The notes under the pieces are model-generated. The model saw only the letters and a list, made by a program, of their open reading frames with translations, was not told the DNA's origin and made no database searches. The translations under genes and the position numbers were made by a program. DNA of 63,966 bases, the filler included, from Reclinomonas americana ATCC 50394 (taxonomy: Eukaryota), in NCBI GenBank assembly GCA_048213135.1. It is 13 parts of 13 records of this genome, joined end to end, with 100 filler letters (N's around TTAATTAATTAA, not from the genome) between each part and the next. Parts side by side here need not be neighbours in the genome. Positions count along the whole stretch, not along the records: positions 34,856 to 36,825 come from AFZH01019306.1; positions 36,926 to 42,258 come from AFZH01019307.1; positions 42,359 to 49,469 come from AFZH01019308.1; 10 more parts are not named here. The stretch is one strand, 5' to 3'. Positions 36,759-48,808 of the stretch are shown one piece after another (positions within the stretch are counted from its first letter, which is position 1; each line of letters opens with the position of its first letter).

Positions 36759-39700
36759 ATGGACGCGCAGCGACTTGCACGGCTCCAAGCTCTCCAGGAC
36801 ATCATGGCTCAGATGCTGGAGGCAGNNNNNNNNNNNNNNNNNNNNNNNNNNNNNNNNNNNNNNNNNNNNTTAATTAATTAANNNNNNNNNNNNNNNNNNN
36901 NNNNNNNNNNNNNNNNNNNNNNNNNTTGTCTCTTCAATCACGGTCCACTGCCACATGTGGTGTTGAACGACATCTCGGCCTTCGCGAGACAACTGCTGCA
37001 GGCCGGCAACGCCTTCCAAGATGCCAGCACCATTCGCGCAGTGCGTCATGCGATTCACGTTTCTGTCCATGTGTATCACGCTCTCTTCAAATCTCAAAAG
37101 AGTGGGTGAGTAGGTGTGCCAGTGCTTTGGGGCCCTTGTCTCGCAGCGTGATGCTGCAGACCATCTTCAGCCGATTGTTGGCGATGTCATTGTCTTCATC
37201 TGCGACATTCTGCGAGATCAAGAGGACAACGACGCCGTTCTCGAGGCGTGCGAGGTGCTGGTTAGCATTACGGACTCTGGATTTTATGGCGAAGCTCTGG
37301 TAGAGTCAGGAGATGTGTGAGTGCGAAATGCCGCTGTTCGACACCTTGTGCTTCGATCCACACACACTTACTGCGCATTTGAGCGAATCAGGATTGTGCC
37401 ACTCTTGCTCAGGCGCATGACGTATATTGATGAATTCCTGGCGGCTGGAAACCAGGAGCTGGCTGTCCCGGAAAATATGGCCGAGGCGGACGGCGATGAC
37501 TGTGCGTGTGCTGCGTTCTTGCATGTCCACCAGGTGCATTCGCTGAGAACTGCGGTAACAGTGGACTACACGGAGTGGACAGTGCGCAAGTGCGCCGCTT
37601 CGACGCTCGACCAACTCTCCAGCTTGGATCATTTGGGGTATGTCGCCGAATATTATGTTCACATCCCGCGGCAGTCGTTTACCCGTTGTTTGCGCACACA
37701 GCGCCAACATTCTGCCGATTCTGATGCCCGAAGTGGAGCGACTGTTGGCGCCGGAGGAGTCGTGGGAGACACGGGAGAAGTTGTGTACTTGCCAACTGTG
37801 GTCGCGCACGTGTTGCAGCATGGCGGGATTAGTATCTCATGTTGCGTGCACTCGTAAAGGGCCATCTTGGCGATTGGCTGTGTTGCGGAGAACTTGAATG
37901 ACGAGCTTGGACCACATCTGGATGCGATTCTCCCCGTTCTGTTGCAGAGCACTCGTGATGCAGTGGTTTGTCAGTGAGGATCCATTGTGGAGATTGTGCA
38001 AAACACACACGCCCGCATTCTGACGCCTCGATGCTGTCAGTCGTTCGTGCGATCGATTTCTTGTTGGACACTGAGTCGAGTGGCGCCTTGGCTTGCACAA
38101 TCGCCGCGCGCGGCGGACGCGGTCGCAGCCATTATTCTCTGCTTGCGAGACGTGAAACCGCGCGTTGCGTTCTGATTCGAGTTTGCACAACGCGAGAAAG
38201 CGAAAACAACTCAAAATGCATATGTGTTGAGCAGGTGGTCAAAGCCGCGGCTGTTGCACTTGCGATTTGTGTCGAGGAGGCGGAGCTTGATCTGGATGCA
38301 TTCATGCGGCAGATTGTGGACGAGACCTTGGACGCTTACGAGAGGATTGGCGCGGGGGATGTGCGACTTACTTTGATCGACTGTATCGGCACACTCGGCA
38401 CCGACAGACCAGCGTCGTTGGCAGAAGTGGCGGGTGACCGACTCGCTGGCGCATTCCTTCAGTGGGTCTGTTGGATGCTCGATGTCACCATTGCTTGTCG
38501 ATGTTTTTGGTGTGTCTCACCGGTACCATTGTATTTGCATGAATCTACAGTGGAGTGCTGCAGCTGACGACGATGAATCTTTTGTTCCACTTGTGGAGAC
38601 CATCTCGTGTTTGGTCTCTCCGCTCAGCGAGTCGTTTGTGGCACACATTGCAGAGATCTGCACTCGCTGCTTGCGGGTTGCCGCCGATGCTGTCGAGCGA
38701 GAGGTTGCGCCGTCGCCTGTGCATGCTCTCACCGTGTTGGAACTTGCCGTGTAACGATTTCTGTTTGTCCTTGCACAGGGAAAACGTGAGAGAGCCACTG
38801 TGGTGGCGTGCATTGATCTCGTCTCTGCTGCAGTCGACAATGCTCTGCTGGCGGCCGCGATGCGTCCGGTGTTGCAGCGACCGACAACTCTTGCGCTGAT
38901 AGAGCGATGCATGCAGGTGAGAGAGTGCTCGGATGCACGATGCGAGTGGACTTGTCGCCCTGCTCACTCACGTTTCCATTCTGCGTTCGTCTTCTAGTCT
39001 GAAGAAGCTGCCATTCGACAGTCCTGCCACGCACTCGTCGGCAGCGTAGTGAACACTGACCCACAAGTCCTGTTGCCGATTGTGCCGTCGTTGCTGCCAC
39101 ACATCTTGCGTGATGCTCAGCAAGTCATTTTCATTAATGTTTGCAATAACGCGATCTGGGCATTCGGCAAGCTGTTTCTCCGCCTTCGTTGCGTTTCTCG
39201 TCTCCGTAGTGTGCATCTGCGTTTGCTCATTTGTCTCCCGTTGACGTGCTTGCGTTTTTTTCTGCAGCTGCGGGAGACTTCGGCGCCGTTGTTCCCGCCA
39301 TCCTGACCACCTGTTCCAATACGTTGCTTTCGGACATTGTCGGGCGCGGCGTCAGAGAGACGTGTGCTGTGACCGCTGGTGAAATTGCCAGTCGATTCCC
39401 GGCTGTGGCGGCACAGATGATGGCACTCGCCACGAGCACGTGGCTCCACTGTTTGAGAGGATGTAAGTGGGGAGCCGACAAGGTGCAGGCGATATGCGGA
39501 GTGAGTGCGATGCTTGGCACCAGTTTGCCGCTTCTGGAGCAGCATCTGGTGCTCTTTGCACACTTGCTGCATTCTGTGGCGGATGAGTATGAGCCGGGAG
39601 CAGATGGTACTCTGCATCCACAAGTCCGATCGGTTCTGTCTCGTTGCGTGCGAGGAGTGTGTTGCCTGTCTCATGATCACAGCAACTTTGTATACCGACG

Positions 39701-39801
39701 CACATACACACGCAGGCGTCGATGGTCTGGAAGAACGCTTGCTGCAAGGTGGGATCGAGAGGGAGCAGTGGCAGTGGATACGGGAGACGTTTGACCTGTA
39801 G
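36759..39801 (+). CDS. Divergent transportin-1/karyopherin-beta2-like protein, copy 2 (part of N-terminus in the gap)
   Basis: Second MDAQRLARLQALQD start; VLEACE, IVPLLLRRMTY, EWTVRKCAASTLDQLS, WETREKAILAIGCVAE; 38124-39798 is nearly identical to 34856-36521; ends ETFDL*. Confidence 0.85.
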
Positions 39802-39879
39802 TGAGATCTGATGGGAGCTCGAAACTCGAAGTAATGATCATATGAAGTCTTGGTCCCACCGAACACTTACAAGTAACGA

Positions 39880-42258
39880 ATGCACGACGAGGAGAAGCAA
39901 TTGACTCCGCCCAGCGCATCGTATCTCGGCAATGTGCTGTCGCACTGCAACCTGCTGCTGTACAGCGATCATGCCGTGTACCAGCTGCAAGTCGACAGCG
40001 GGCACGCACCAAAAGCCGTCGTGCGCTCACCATCGCGACTGACAGCTCACGCAGTTGGTGCGCGAAGCTTGCTTGCAGTGGCTGACACGCAGCGCACTGT
40101 GCGCCTTCTCTCCCTTGATCGCGGAAGCGATGTGCCCTGCAGTGTGTGGTACACGCGGACACTGAGCGTGGTGTCGTGCATGGACTTGTGGGAGGATGCG
40201 GGCGGGCGAGAGTGGCGACTGGTGACGGGAGGGTTGAATGGCGTCGAGCTGTTTGCTGCTCGTGTGAGAGCAGAGGATGAGGAGGAGGAGGACGAGGAGA
40301 AGAAGAAGAAGGGAGAAGAGGTGTTCGAGCCTGCGCAGGTGGTGGTCGGTCATCGGCAGTACCAGATTGCATGCGTGCGCTGGTCACACGATGCGCGACA
40401 GCTGGCGGTGGTACATGTCTCTATGTGACCGCGGCAACGTCAACTCCGTGGACTCATCGGTTGTGATGGCGCAGGCGTCCGTGGATGGTCGACTTGCTGT
40501 GTGGAGGGCCGCCGACGCGGATGGCGTCATGGACTTGTATGGTGCTTTGCTTGTCGTGGTGTCGGGGTGCTTATTCGTGTATGCGTGTGTGCTTCGCTGA
40601 CGTCGACTACTCACACGTGTCTGGCTTGCGCGCGGCCAGAGTCGTGGTTGTGCGATGTTGATGGCGAGTGTGTGACCGCGATGGAGTTTGGGCGCGCTGG
40701 CTCGCTGCTGAGTGTCGCCACGTGGAACGGACAGCTTATCGTGTACGGCAGGCGCGATGAGGTTAGATCGACAGCGCATCGATTCGTCCACCAGTGGTGC
40801 AGTGCGTCTGAATTGTGCACGTGCAGGTGGCGGATGGGCCATTCAGCTGGCAAGTCGTGTCGACCACGGGTGGTGGTGCGCTGTCCAGCGGCGGAGACAC
40901 GGCGAGTTGGGGCGCGTCGTCTCCGCCAGCGCTGACCGTGTTCTCACCCACCGGGCGACATGTCATGTTGCGATCTTACGTGAACGCTTGTCGGGTCGAG
41001 TTGTTTTTTTTTTCACTTGATGATGTGCAGGCTCTCGTGTTGGTGGACACGCGGTGTGGCCATTGTCGACACGGACAGTGGTATGGTTGTGCAACGAGTT
41101 CCGTTCGAGTCACCGCTAAAGGGTCTTGCACGGTGCGCGCCACCAGCACCACCCCAACTGTGTACAACTACGATGGCCTGTGTGTGTGATGACACCCGTG
41201 CGTGATTTGTGCAGGTCGATGTACGAAGCAGTGGCTGCTGTGGACAGGCGACGATTGTTGCACACGTTGCAATGGCCTAGTGAGTGTGTGGCCGACGTCG
41301 CGCAGCCACGATGCATCTCCTGTCGCATGGCGGCAGTCCGCTTGCACCCCACACGAACCAGCGCATTGTGCGTGACGTGGCAGCGAGTGACTGTGGTGCG
41401 GCATGCGGATGCGGACGATCGGCTGCTGGAAGTGTGCGAGAGCGATCGTCCACACGTGGTGCCGTTTGTGGGCACCCGCTGGTTGCCACTCGATCATCTG
41501 CCTGCGTGTCACCGTGCGTCAAGAGTATCCGCCGCTGGCGCCAGTGAGTCGCGCCTGTTGGCGCTCGACTCGACGCACTGCTACCTGGCGTGGAATCGTC
41601 TCATCTATGTGGGTTCACGAGCGACCGACTCGTGGACACACTGTCGTCTCGATGCGCCCGTGGTCGCCATGTGTGCCGGTCTGCAGTGTGCCGAGCAGCA
41701 GCATGCCGTGCTTGCAGTGCTCGCCAACTGGCGAGTGGCGGTGGTGACAGGGGCGGAGCATGAAGGGGCATCGCCCGCTGTGAGCCTGCTGCGAGACATT
41801 GGTGTGGACGACAGACACCCAAGAGTGGAAGTAGGCGGCGAGATGCATACGCACTGCGCTGTGGTGTGCTCGTGGATTGTGACGGATGAGCGAGCATGTG
41901 TGGTGCAAATGACGTGGGTCTTTTCGTCGGCGACAGCGGCAGATCAGTGGCATGTGGTGCAAGAAATGTGTCGGTGCCCCGTCGATGACCAACTGCGTTT
42001 GGTCGGTTGCATAAATGGAGTACTGCCGCTCTTTGTCGCAGACGACGACCACGAGACAAGTTCAAGAGAGAAGACAATGTGGTTGTATGTACCCGGTTCG
42101 TCGACAACTGCGTCAATCGACTTCATTTTTCGTGTCGCTGACATACACAATGCCTGCAGGTTTCGATGTATGGAAACCGCTCCACGACTGGCCGCTGCTG
42201 GACGACCAAGAAGGGACCGTGGCCGCCGAAGGCCTCACCAATCCCTTCTCCCTGCTCA
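39880..42258 (+). CDS. WD40/beta-propeller protein, 3' end in the gap
   Basis: LAVADTQRTVRL, RLVTGGLNG, GHRQYQIACVRWSHDARQLAVASVDGRLAVW, VTAMEFGRAGSLLSVATWNGQLIVY. Confidence 0.7.
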
Positions 42259-42683
42259 NNNNNNNNNNNNNNNNNNNNNNNNNNNNNNNNNNNNNNNNNN
42301 NNTTAATTAATTAANNNNNNNNNNNNNNNNNNNNNNNNNNNNNNNNNNNNNNNNNNNNCCAACAAACACACAAACACGCGCACATGCACATTTCTCTCTG
42401 GCGTGTCGTGCACATGCATCGAGTGCACAGACACAAGAGGATGGATGGAGGGAGAGAGGGAGAAAAGAGAGCAGAGCAGGAGCAGAGGCTCACCTGATCT
42501 TTTTTTGTGTCGCATTACACAGTCGTGCATGTTGTAATGCGCTTATCCTGCTTGCGGGCGGGTTGCCCATTTCGCGGTGTTAGTGCATGCTCCACGCACA
42601 AACAAATGAGACAAATGTGGACAACGGTGGACCGCGAGCACCATATTTCCCGCTTCGTTTTACATCTCATCCCCCCCTCCCTG

Positions 42684-45553
42684 TCACCTCGGTGGCTGCC
42701 TCAACTTCTCTCGCATCTCCCGTTCGAGTTCAGCGCGCGTTTGCTTGGTCTTGGTGACTACAACTGTGCGACCGAGACCGCCGTCGTGCTCGATCACGGA
42801 GGTGGCCGAGGGCGACGACGACGACGACGAAGACGAGACGCTGTCGTGTGGCGATCCGCGCAGATGCATCTGCGTGACACCGAGTGGGTGCAAGTCGTCG
42901 TCACCATCATCGTCGTCGACGTCCTTGGCGTTGGAGGAGCCTCGCCGCGCCGTGACCTTTTCCTCAATGATACGCTGCCGCGTTTTGTCGGCCTTCTTGG
43001 TGGCCCGCTCGCGCTTCTTGCGGTCCTTTTCCAGCTGCTTGAATTCCACTGAGGAGAGCACTCGTGTCTCTGGAGGCGGCACCGACACCACATTCTCGGC
43101 CGAGAGCAGGGCGGCCTCCACGCCTGGCACCGCGGGTCCGGCCAGCCGTCCACCATAAGTCTTTTCGTGCGCCATCGCTTCCTCCCACAGGTAGTGCACG
43201 AGACGCTTTTCTGTGGCAGTGGTGACCAGACTGCGAGCAGTGGGGGGTGAGCAGAGAGACAATGCACAAAAGAAAGAAAGAGAAAGGGGGGGGGGGGTAC
43301 GCAACTAGAGACGGCAACATTTGTTGTGCAGCTCGAGCATCTTGCAGGCCACAAAGGAGTGGCCGTACAGCTCCTCCAGGTTCCCCGACTGCGGTATGCG
43401 GTGAGGATGTGAGCAGTAGCACCAGGCAACAAGACAACACTGACAACGTACCTTGGAGAGGATGGACTCGATGAGCTTGTTCTTTTGAATCACTTGCTCC
43501 AAGTATTCCTCCTCGGTCTTCACGATGCGATTCTGCGCACCGAGAACGAAATCAGAAGTGTGCGGGGGAAAAGACACAGGATCGCGCACGGCGAACTCAC
43601 CAGGTCGCTTTCCGACTTCTTGTCGTAGTCGGCGTGAATCTGCTCGAGGCACTCCCACAGCATCTTGATCTCGGTGGCCTCCTGCTGCCATCGGTTCGAC
43701 TGCACCTCCAAGTCCTGCTCAAATAATAAGAGGCCGTGACTACAAGCTGCACTACACGGCTCTGCGCACCGACGAGTGCTCCAGAATCCTGGCCAGTTGG
43801 TTCTCAAAGTGTGTGCGCATCGTCTTGATTTGCTCACTGCGCATCCAGCAGCAAAGGCATGAGTCAGTCGCCGGCCTTCGACCCAAACAAATGCACCCAC
43901 ACTACGCACCTCTCGGTGCCAACCAGTGTTGGTGTGGGCTCCACCAGTGCCGCAAGTCCCGCTGTGTATGCACGTCAAGCATGTCAGCATCGACCTTTCT
44001 TCTTCCCCCTTCATCGAAACAAGAAAATCGCAACTCTTTGGTGGTCCTGAACTCTCGACGGGTCGCATGGGGCTTCTTGAGAATGCCTGCTGTCGCACCG
44101 CTTGCAGTTCGTCGTCTCGTGCACGCAAGTCGTCCTCCAGCGTACGTATCCGAGCTTGTAATGAGCTGCGAAGATAAAAACCGCAAAATTATGAGTACGC
44201 GAGCCGTCGACAACTCTATACACGCACGTGCGTCCTCGACACGACGCAACTCGATCAGTTCAGTGTCCGGATCGAACTTCATGGCCGCCAACTCGTCCAT
44301 GAGCGACGGTGCCTTGCCGAGATCGGTCGACACTGCGTGACGCCGTCTGCGCACAAGAAAACAAAGAGTCAGCTTGCCCGCCACTGTCAGCTGACAGAGT
44401 GTGGCATGGATCGCAACTGTACAGCGCTGTCCATCAGCTGTCGTTCCAACTCGGCCACCTTGAACTTTAGGTCGCGCTCCTGATCCGAAGCCGTGCGCAG
44501 CGAGTCCTGCATGTCTTCCATATCCCGCTCGTATCGATCCTCGAGTTCCTTCCATTGCCGCTCCCGCTACGATGGTGCAGAGCGTGCGCACGCTATCGGT
44601 AAGCGGGGTGCGGTAATGGAAAGCGAGTCAAAACAAACACATGCCTCGCTCAGCTGCTCGTCCGACTCGCGCAATCTCCGCTCCAGCACAGGAATCTTGC
44701 CAATGGTCGCCTGCAACTCTCGGACACGTGACTCGAGCTGCTCAATGTGTGCCTGCTTGTGGTTCTCGTACGTCATGTGCATGACTGGCGGCGTTTGCAG
44801 ATGAGTCGTGGACAGGGTCGAAAGGCAGCTAGCTAGCAGCAATAGAAAAGTCGCAACTTTGCTGGCCCGTGAGCTCCTTCCGCACGTTCGCCAACTCGGC
44901 CTCCAGCTTGTCCTTGTCTTGCGCAACGTGCTGATACTCGTCCAACTCGTCTTCCAGCTGCACGACGGGCGAACATACACGTAAGTCACGCAGCACGCTC
45001 ACCATGCGCGCGAGAACCACTTGCCGTGCGAATGCGTTTCCGCAGACGGGAAGCGGCCTCCTGATCGCTCTGCAGTCGCTCGTCTCGTTCCCTGATGCAG
45101 TCATTCAACTCGCGCATCTCCTCGTCCTTGCGCATCATGTTCAACTCGGCCGTGTGCACCAACGCCGACTTTTTCGTCAGCTCCTACACACCGCACAAGT
45201 GGTCAGCTGGTGACCACCACCACAAGAAACATGACGCGCGCGTGTGTGAGTGTGTGTACGTCCGCACCCCACGCAAGTCCGCCAGCTCCCGCTGCGCCTC
45301 CTCCACGCGCTCTTTCTGCAGGTTCAGATCCCGCGTCAGATCCTCGTTTTGCCGGTTCGCCTCCTCAAACGCCGCAAGAATGTCATTCAGCTGTGGAGCG
45401 CCCGCCCAATGAGCAAGCGCAAAACAACATTAAAAAGAGACAAGCAATCGCCACCTCTCGCAGTCGCCGATCACGCTCCGCCGTCATCGCCATCAACGCC
45501 GCCTGCACCTGGCTCAGCTGATCCACCAGCATCGCACCATGACCTATTATCAT
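42684..45553 (-). CDS. Long coiled-coil protein (both ends approximate)
   Basis: Spliced exons rich in E/R/L/Q heptads (LEDELDEYQHVAQDKDKLEAELANVRKEL; IEQLESRVRELQATIGKIPVLERRLRESDEQL). Confidence 0.65.
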
Positions 45554-46358
45554 GATCAACAACAAACGCAAACAGCGCGAGCGACTCGCTCACTGCTGGA
45601 TCCTCACACACACACACACACACACTTCACACACACACAGCAGGCACTCGTCGTCACTTCCGAAGTGCATCGGCACGCGCACTCTCTCTCTCTCCCTCAC
45701 ATTCTCTCGCGGACTCACTCACCGACAGCCATTTGAAGATCATTCTCCAGCTCGCGGTTCTTGGCTTGCACCGCCTCCAGCGTCGGAAGCGACATGAATG
45801 TGTGTGCTAAAGATGACGATGATGATATAAAAAGCGATTGCTGTGTGGCAGAGTGAAGTGTGAGTCATATCGCTGCACTCGCTGCTCCTTTGTGGAAAAA
45901 GAGAGACGAAGGGAGAGAGGGGGAAGAAGAGAGGGAGGGAGCGAGGGCAGCGCGTGCCAGAGCATGCCGAGAAGTGCAGGTCGGACATTGTGAGAAACCA
46001 CGCCATTCGCCCAGACGCGCACGAGGAGCGGAGGATGGGGGAGAGACAGAGACAGAGAGATGATCCTTTCCCCTGGCACACGTACCTCTTGAGTGCCGCG
46101 CGTGCGATTCGAGCGTGCAATAACAAACAGGACAATTTCAATTCAATGATTACAGCCGGAAAGTTTGCGTGCTCCCCAGCTGCGAGAGCTCCGCGTGCTC
46201 CATCATGCCCACTGGCGTGAATACAACCGACTGCGTTAATGTGAAGAGGTGAAGCGGTGAGCGTCGAAAAAAACCGTGCGCACGGAAAAATTCGAACACG
46301 CAACGTCGGGAGTCCATGGCGCGACGTGATCCGCTTTCTGTGGAGGTGGAGAGGCCGA

Positions 46359-47731
46359 TCAGCAGCGATAACAACAAGAGTCGACTGTTTGCAACACGAG
46401 TCTTACCGCCTGGTCGCAGTGGCCGTGCGCCCACCAGTCCTGCACCGTGGCGAACCAATCGCCGGCATCGTCGTCCTCAAAACTCAACCGCGTTGCGTGC
46501 TCGGCGCCATGTGTATCAGCCACTGTGCGGTCGACGGTGACGACAAAGCACATCCTGGAGATGAGCATTGACGGAAGGAGTGCTGGTTTACCTTGTCGCA
46601 ACAAGACCACACGGCGACGACCAGCAGCTCGCGGAACCAGCGACACAAAAACGACTGGCGAGACTCGCGGTGTGAACACCAAAGCAGCGACAACAAAAGA
46701 TAAAGTCAGTGCACCAAGCGTACCTCCTGTCGGCTGCAAGCTGCTCACAGAGAACGCAAACTGCGAATCGGCCATGCTGCGGTCAGCGAAACACACAGAA
46801 CCCACAATGCCAGAAAAGACACGAAACATGTGCGTCGAGGTGGAACGACAGGCGGTCGGTGCAAACGCGAACAAACACACGTTCCCACCACTCTTCATCG
46901 TCGACTTGCCGCCAGCCCCAGCCTGAGAGGAGGTATGAGATCGAGAAACGCTTGGAAGGAAAAATACCAATCGCTTTGAGTGCACCTTCTCGCACCCGAT
47001 CCCCCCAGTCACCACTGCCGAGCGACAAACAACACAGATGAGCGCACAGGGAGGATACATGTGGCTCGGGTACACGCACCTCACAGCATCCATCAGCACT
47101 TGCACATTCGATCCGTGATCCAACCGCAGCGCCACAAGCCACCCGCGAATGAGCTCACACCACTCATCTCGCTCCTCCGCCGACTCAAACGCAAAGTCGC
47201 GCAGTGCATAGCCGCGTTCCATCGCTACACAGTGTCACAAAAGAAGAGACAGAGAGAGAGAGAACGCGCGTGGCAACACACACCTGATTCCTCCGTAAAC
47301 ACCAGTCGCACAGCATGAGCATGCGGCGTCGCCGAGGACGAGTCAACGGCATCGCGAGCCACCACATGCTGCACCTCGCGCCACTCCACAGAGCCTCTGA
47401 CCTCCGCAGACTGCCACAAACAACAATCAGTCACACACACACACACACACAGACACACTCTCTCCCTGTCTCATACACACACCGAGTCATCCGCAAAGTA
47501 CTGCAACCCGCGCTCCGCATGAATCGTCACCCACTTGCGCTTCCACACACGCCGCAGTGTGCTGTGCGCGGTGAACTTCCACGCCCACGCACTGCGTCCG
47601 TGTTGTTCCTGCTGGTGAGGCGCGGGCTTCTCCCGCACGTGAGTCATCAGTGGCACCACGCACTTGGCCGGACTGCTCATCGACGCAAACACGCGCAACG
47701 CGGCAGTCTGTGACGCCGACGGAGACGACAT
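46359..47731 (-). CDS. Tandem PH-domain protein (3' end approximate)
   Basis: WAWKF...[24 protein letters not shown]...RGSVEW...[20 protein letters not shown], then a second PH-like unit REGALKAIG...WWERVFVRV...[12 protein letters not shown]. Confidence 0.7.
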
Positions 47732-47802
47732 TGTGTGTGTGTCTCTGTGTGAAAGTTGTCGTGATCCGCCGGATTCCACTCGCGTTTGTTGAGTTGTCGC
47801 GA

Positions 47803-48778
47803 ATGAGCGCTCCTCTGCGTCTGCTGTCGCAAGCAGAGGCGGCACTGGTCGATCTGCGCCTCATGAGCGACGAGTTTGGCTTTTCTCTGCCGCAGCTCAT
47901 GGAGCTGGCCGGTGAGTTGTCTCTCTCTGCGCTCTCTCACAACCCTCTCTCACACACTGAGAGTGCAGGGTTGAGCTGTGCGGCGGCCATTCGGCACTGG
48001 CGATCACCAGTGGAGGAGGCCAATCGGCATCCGCTCGTTGTGTGCGGACCCGGCAACAATGGAGGCGATGGACTGGTGGCAGCGCGACACTTGGCGCTGT
48101 TTGGGTATCGGCCCACCGTTGTGTACCCAAAGCCCAACAAGTCGGAGCACTTTGCGGTGTGCATTCGTTGCTGTGTGCGTGTGTGAGGCAGGCACTGATT
48201 GCCTCGCCTACAAGGGATTGATCAAGCAATGCTCGCACTTTGGGATTCCGGTGGTGGCCGAGTGGCCGCGCGAAGGCACCGTCTCCTTCATTGTGGACGC
48301 GGTGTTTGGCTTCAGCTTCAAGGGCGATGTGCGTGCTCCGTTTGACGGCATCCTCCGTGAGATGATCCGATTGCAAGCCAGTGTGCCGGTGCGTGTTTGC
48401 TGTCTCTCTCCCTCTTCTCTCCCTCGTACCGATGGCTTCATTCGCTCGGCAGGTGTTCTCCATCGACATTCCATCGGGGTGGGACGTGGAGCAGGGCGAT
48501 GTGGCGGGCACGGGGTTCCGGCCGCAGGCCGTCATCTCCCTGACCGCGCCCAAACTGTGCATGCGCGGCTACACTGGCACGCACTACCTGGGCGGTCGCT
48601 TTGTGCCATTGTTGCGTGCCGTGCCGTGCTGCTTCTCCGTGCTTGTCTACTATGTGTGTGTGGGAGACTGACACGGGCTGCGCGCAGCTCGCTGGCCGAG
48701 GAGCTCGAACTTGCGCTCCCCGAGTACCCGGATGCCGATCAATTTGTGCTGCTCTCCGACGAGGCGGGGTGCCAGTGA
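47803..48778 (+). CDS. NAXE: NAD(P)H-hydrate epimerase (YjeF_N, APOA1BP/NAXE)
   Basis: [95 protein letters not shown]; four introns. Confidence 0.96.
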
Positions 48779-48808
48779 ATCGCTTGCAAAACAATAGTGA
48801 TATATTCA

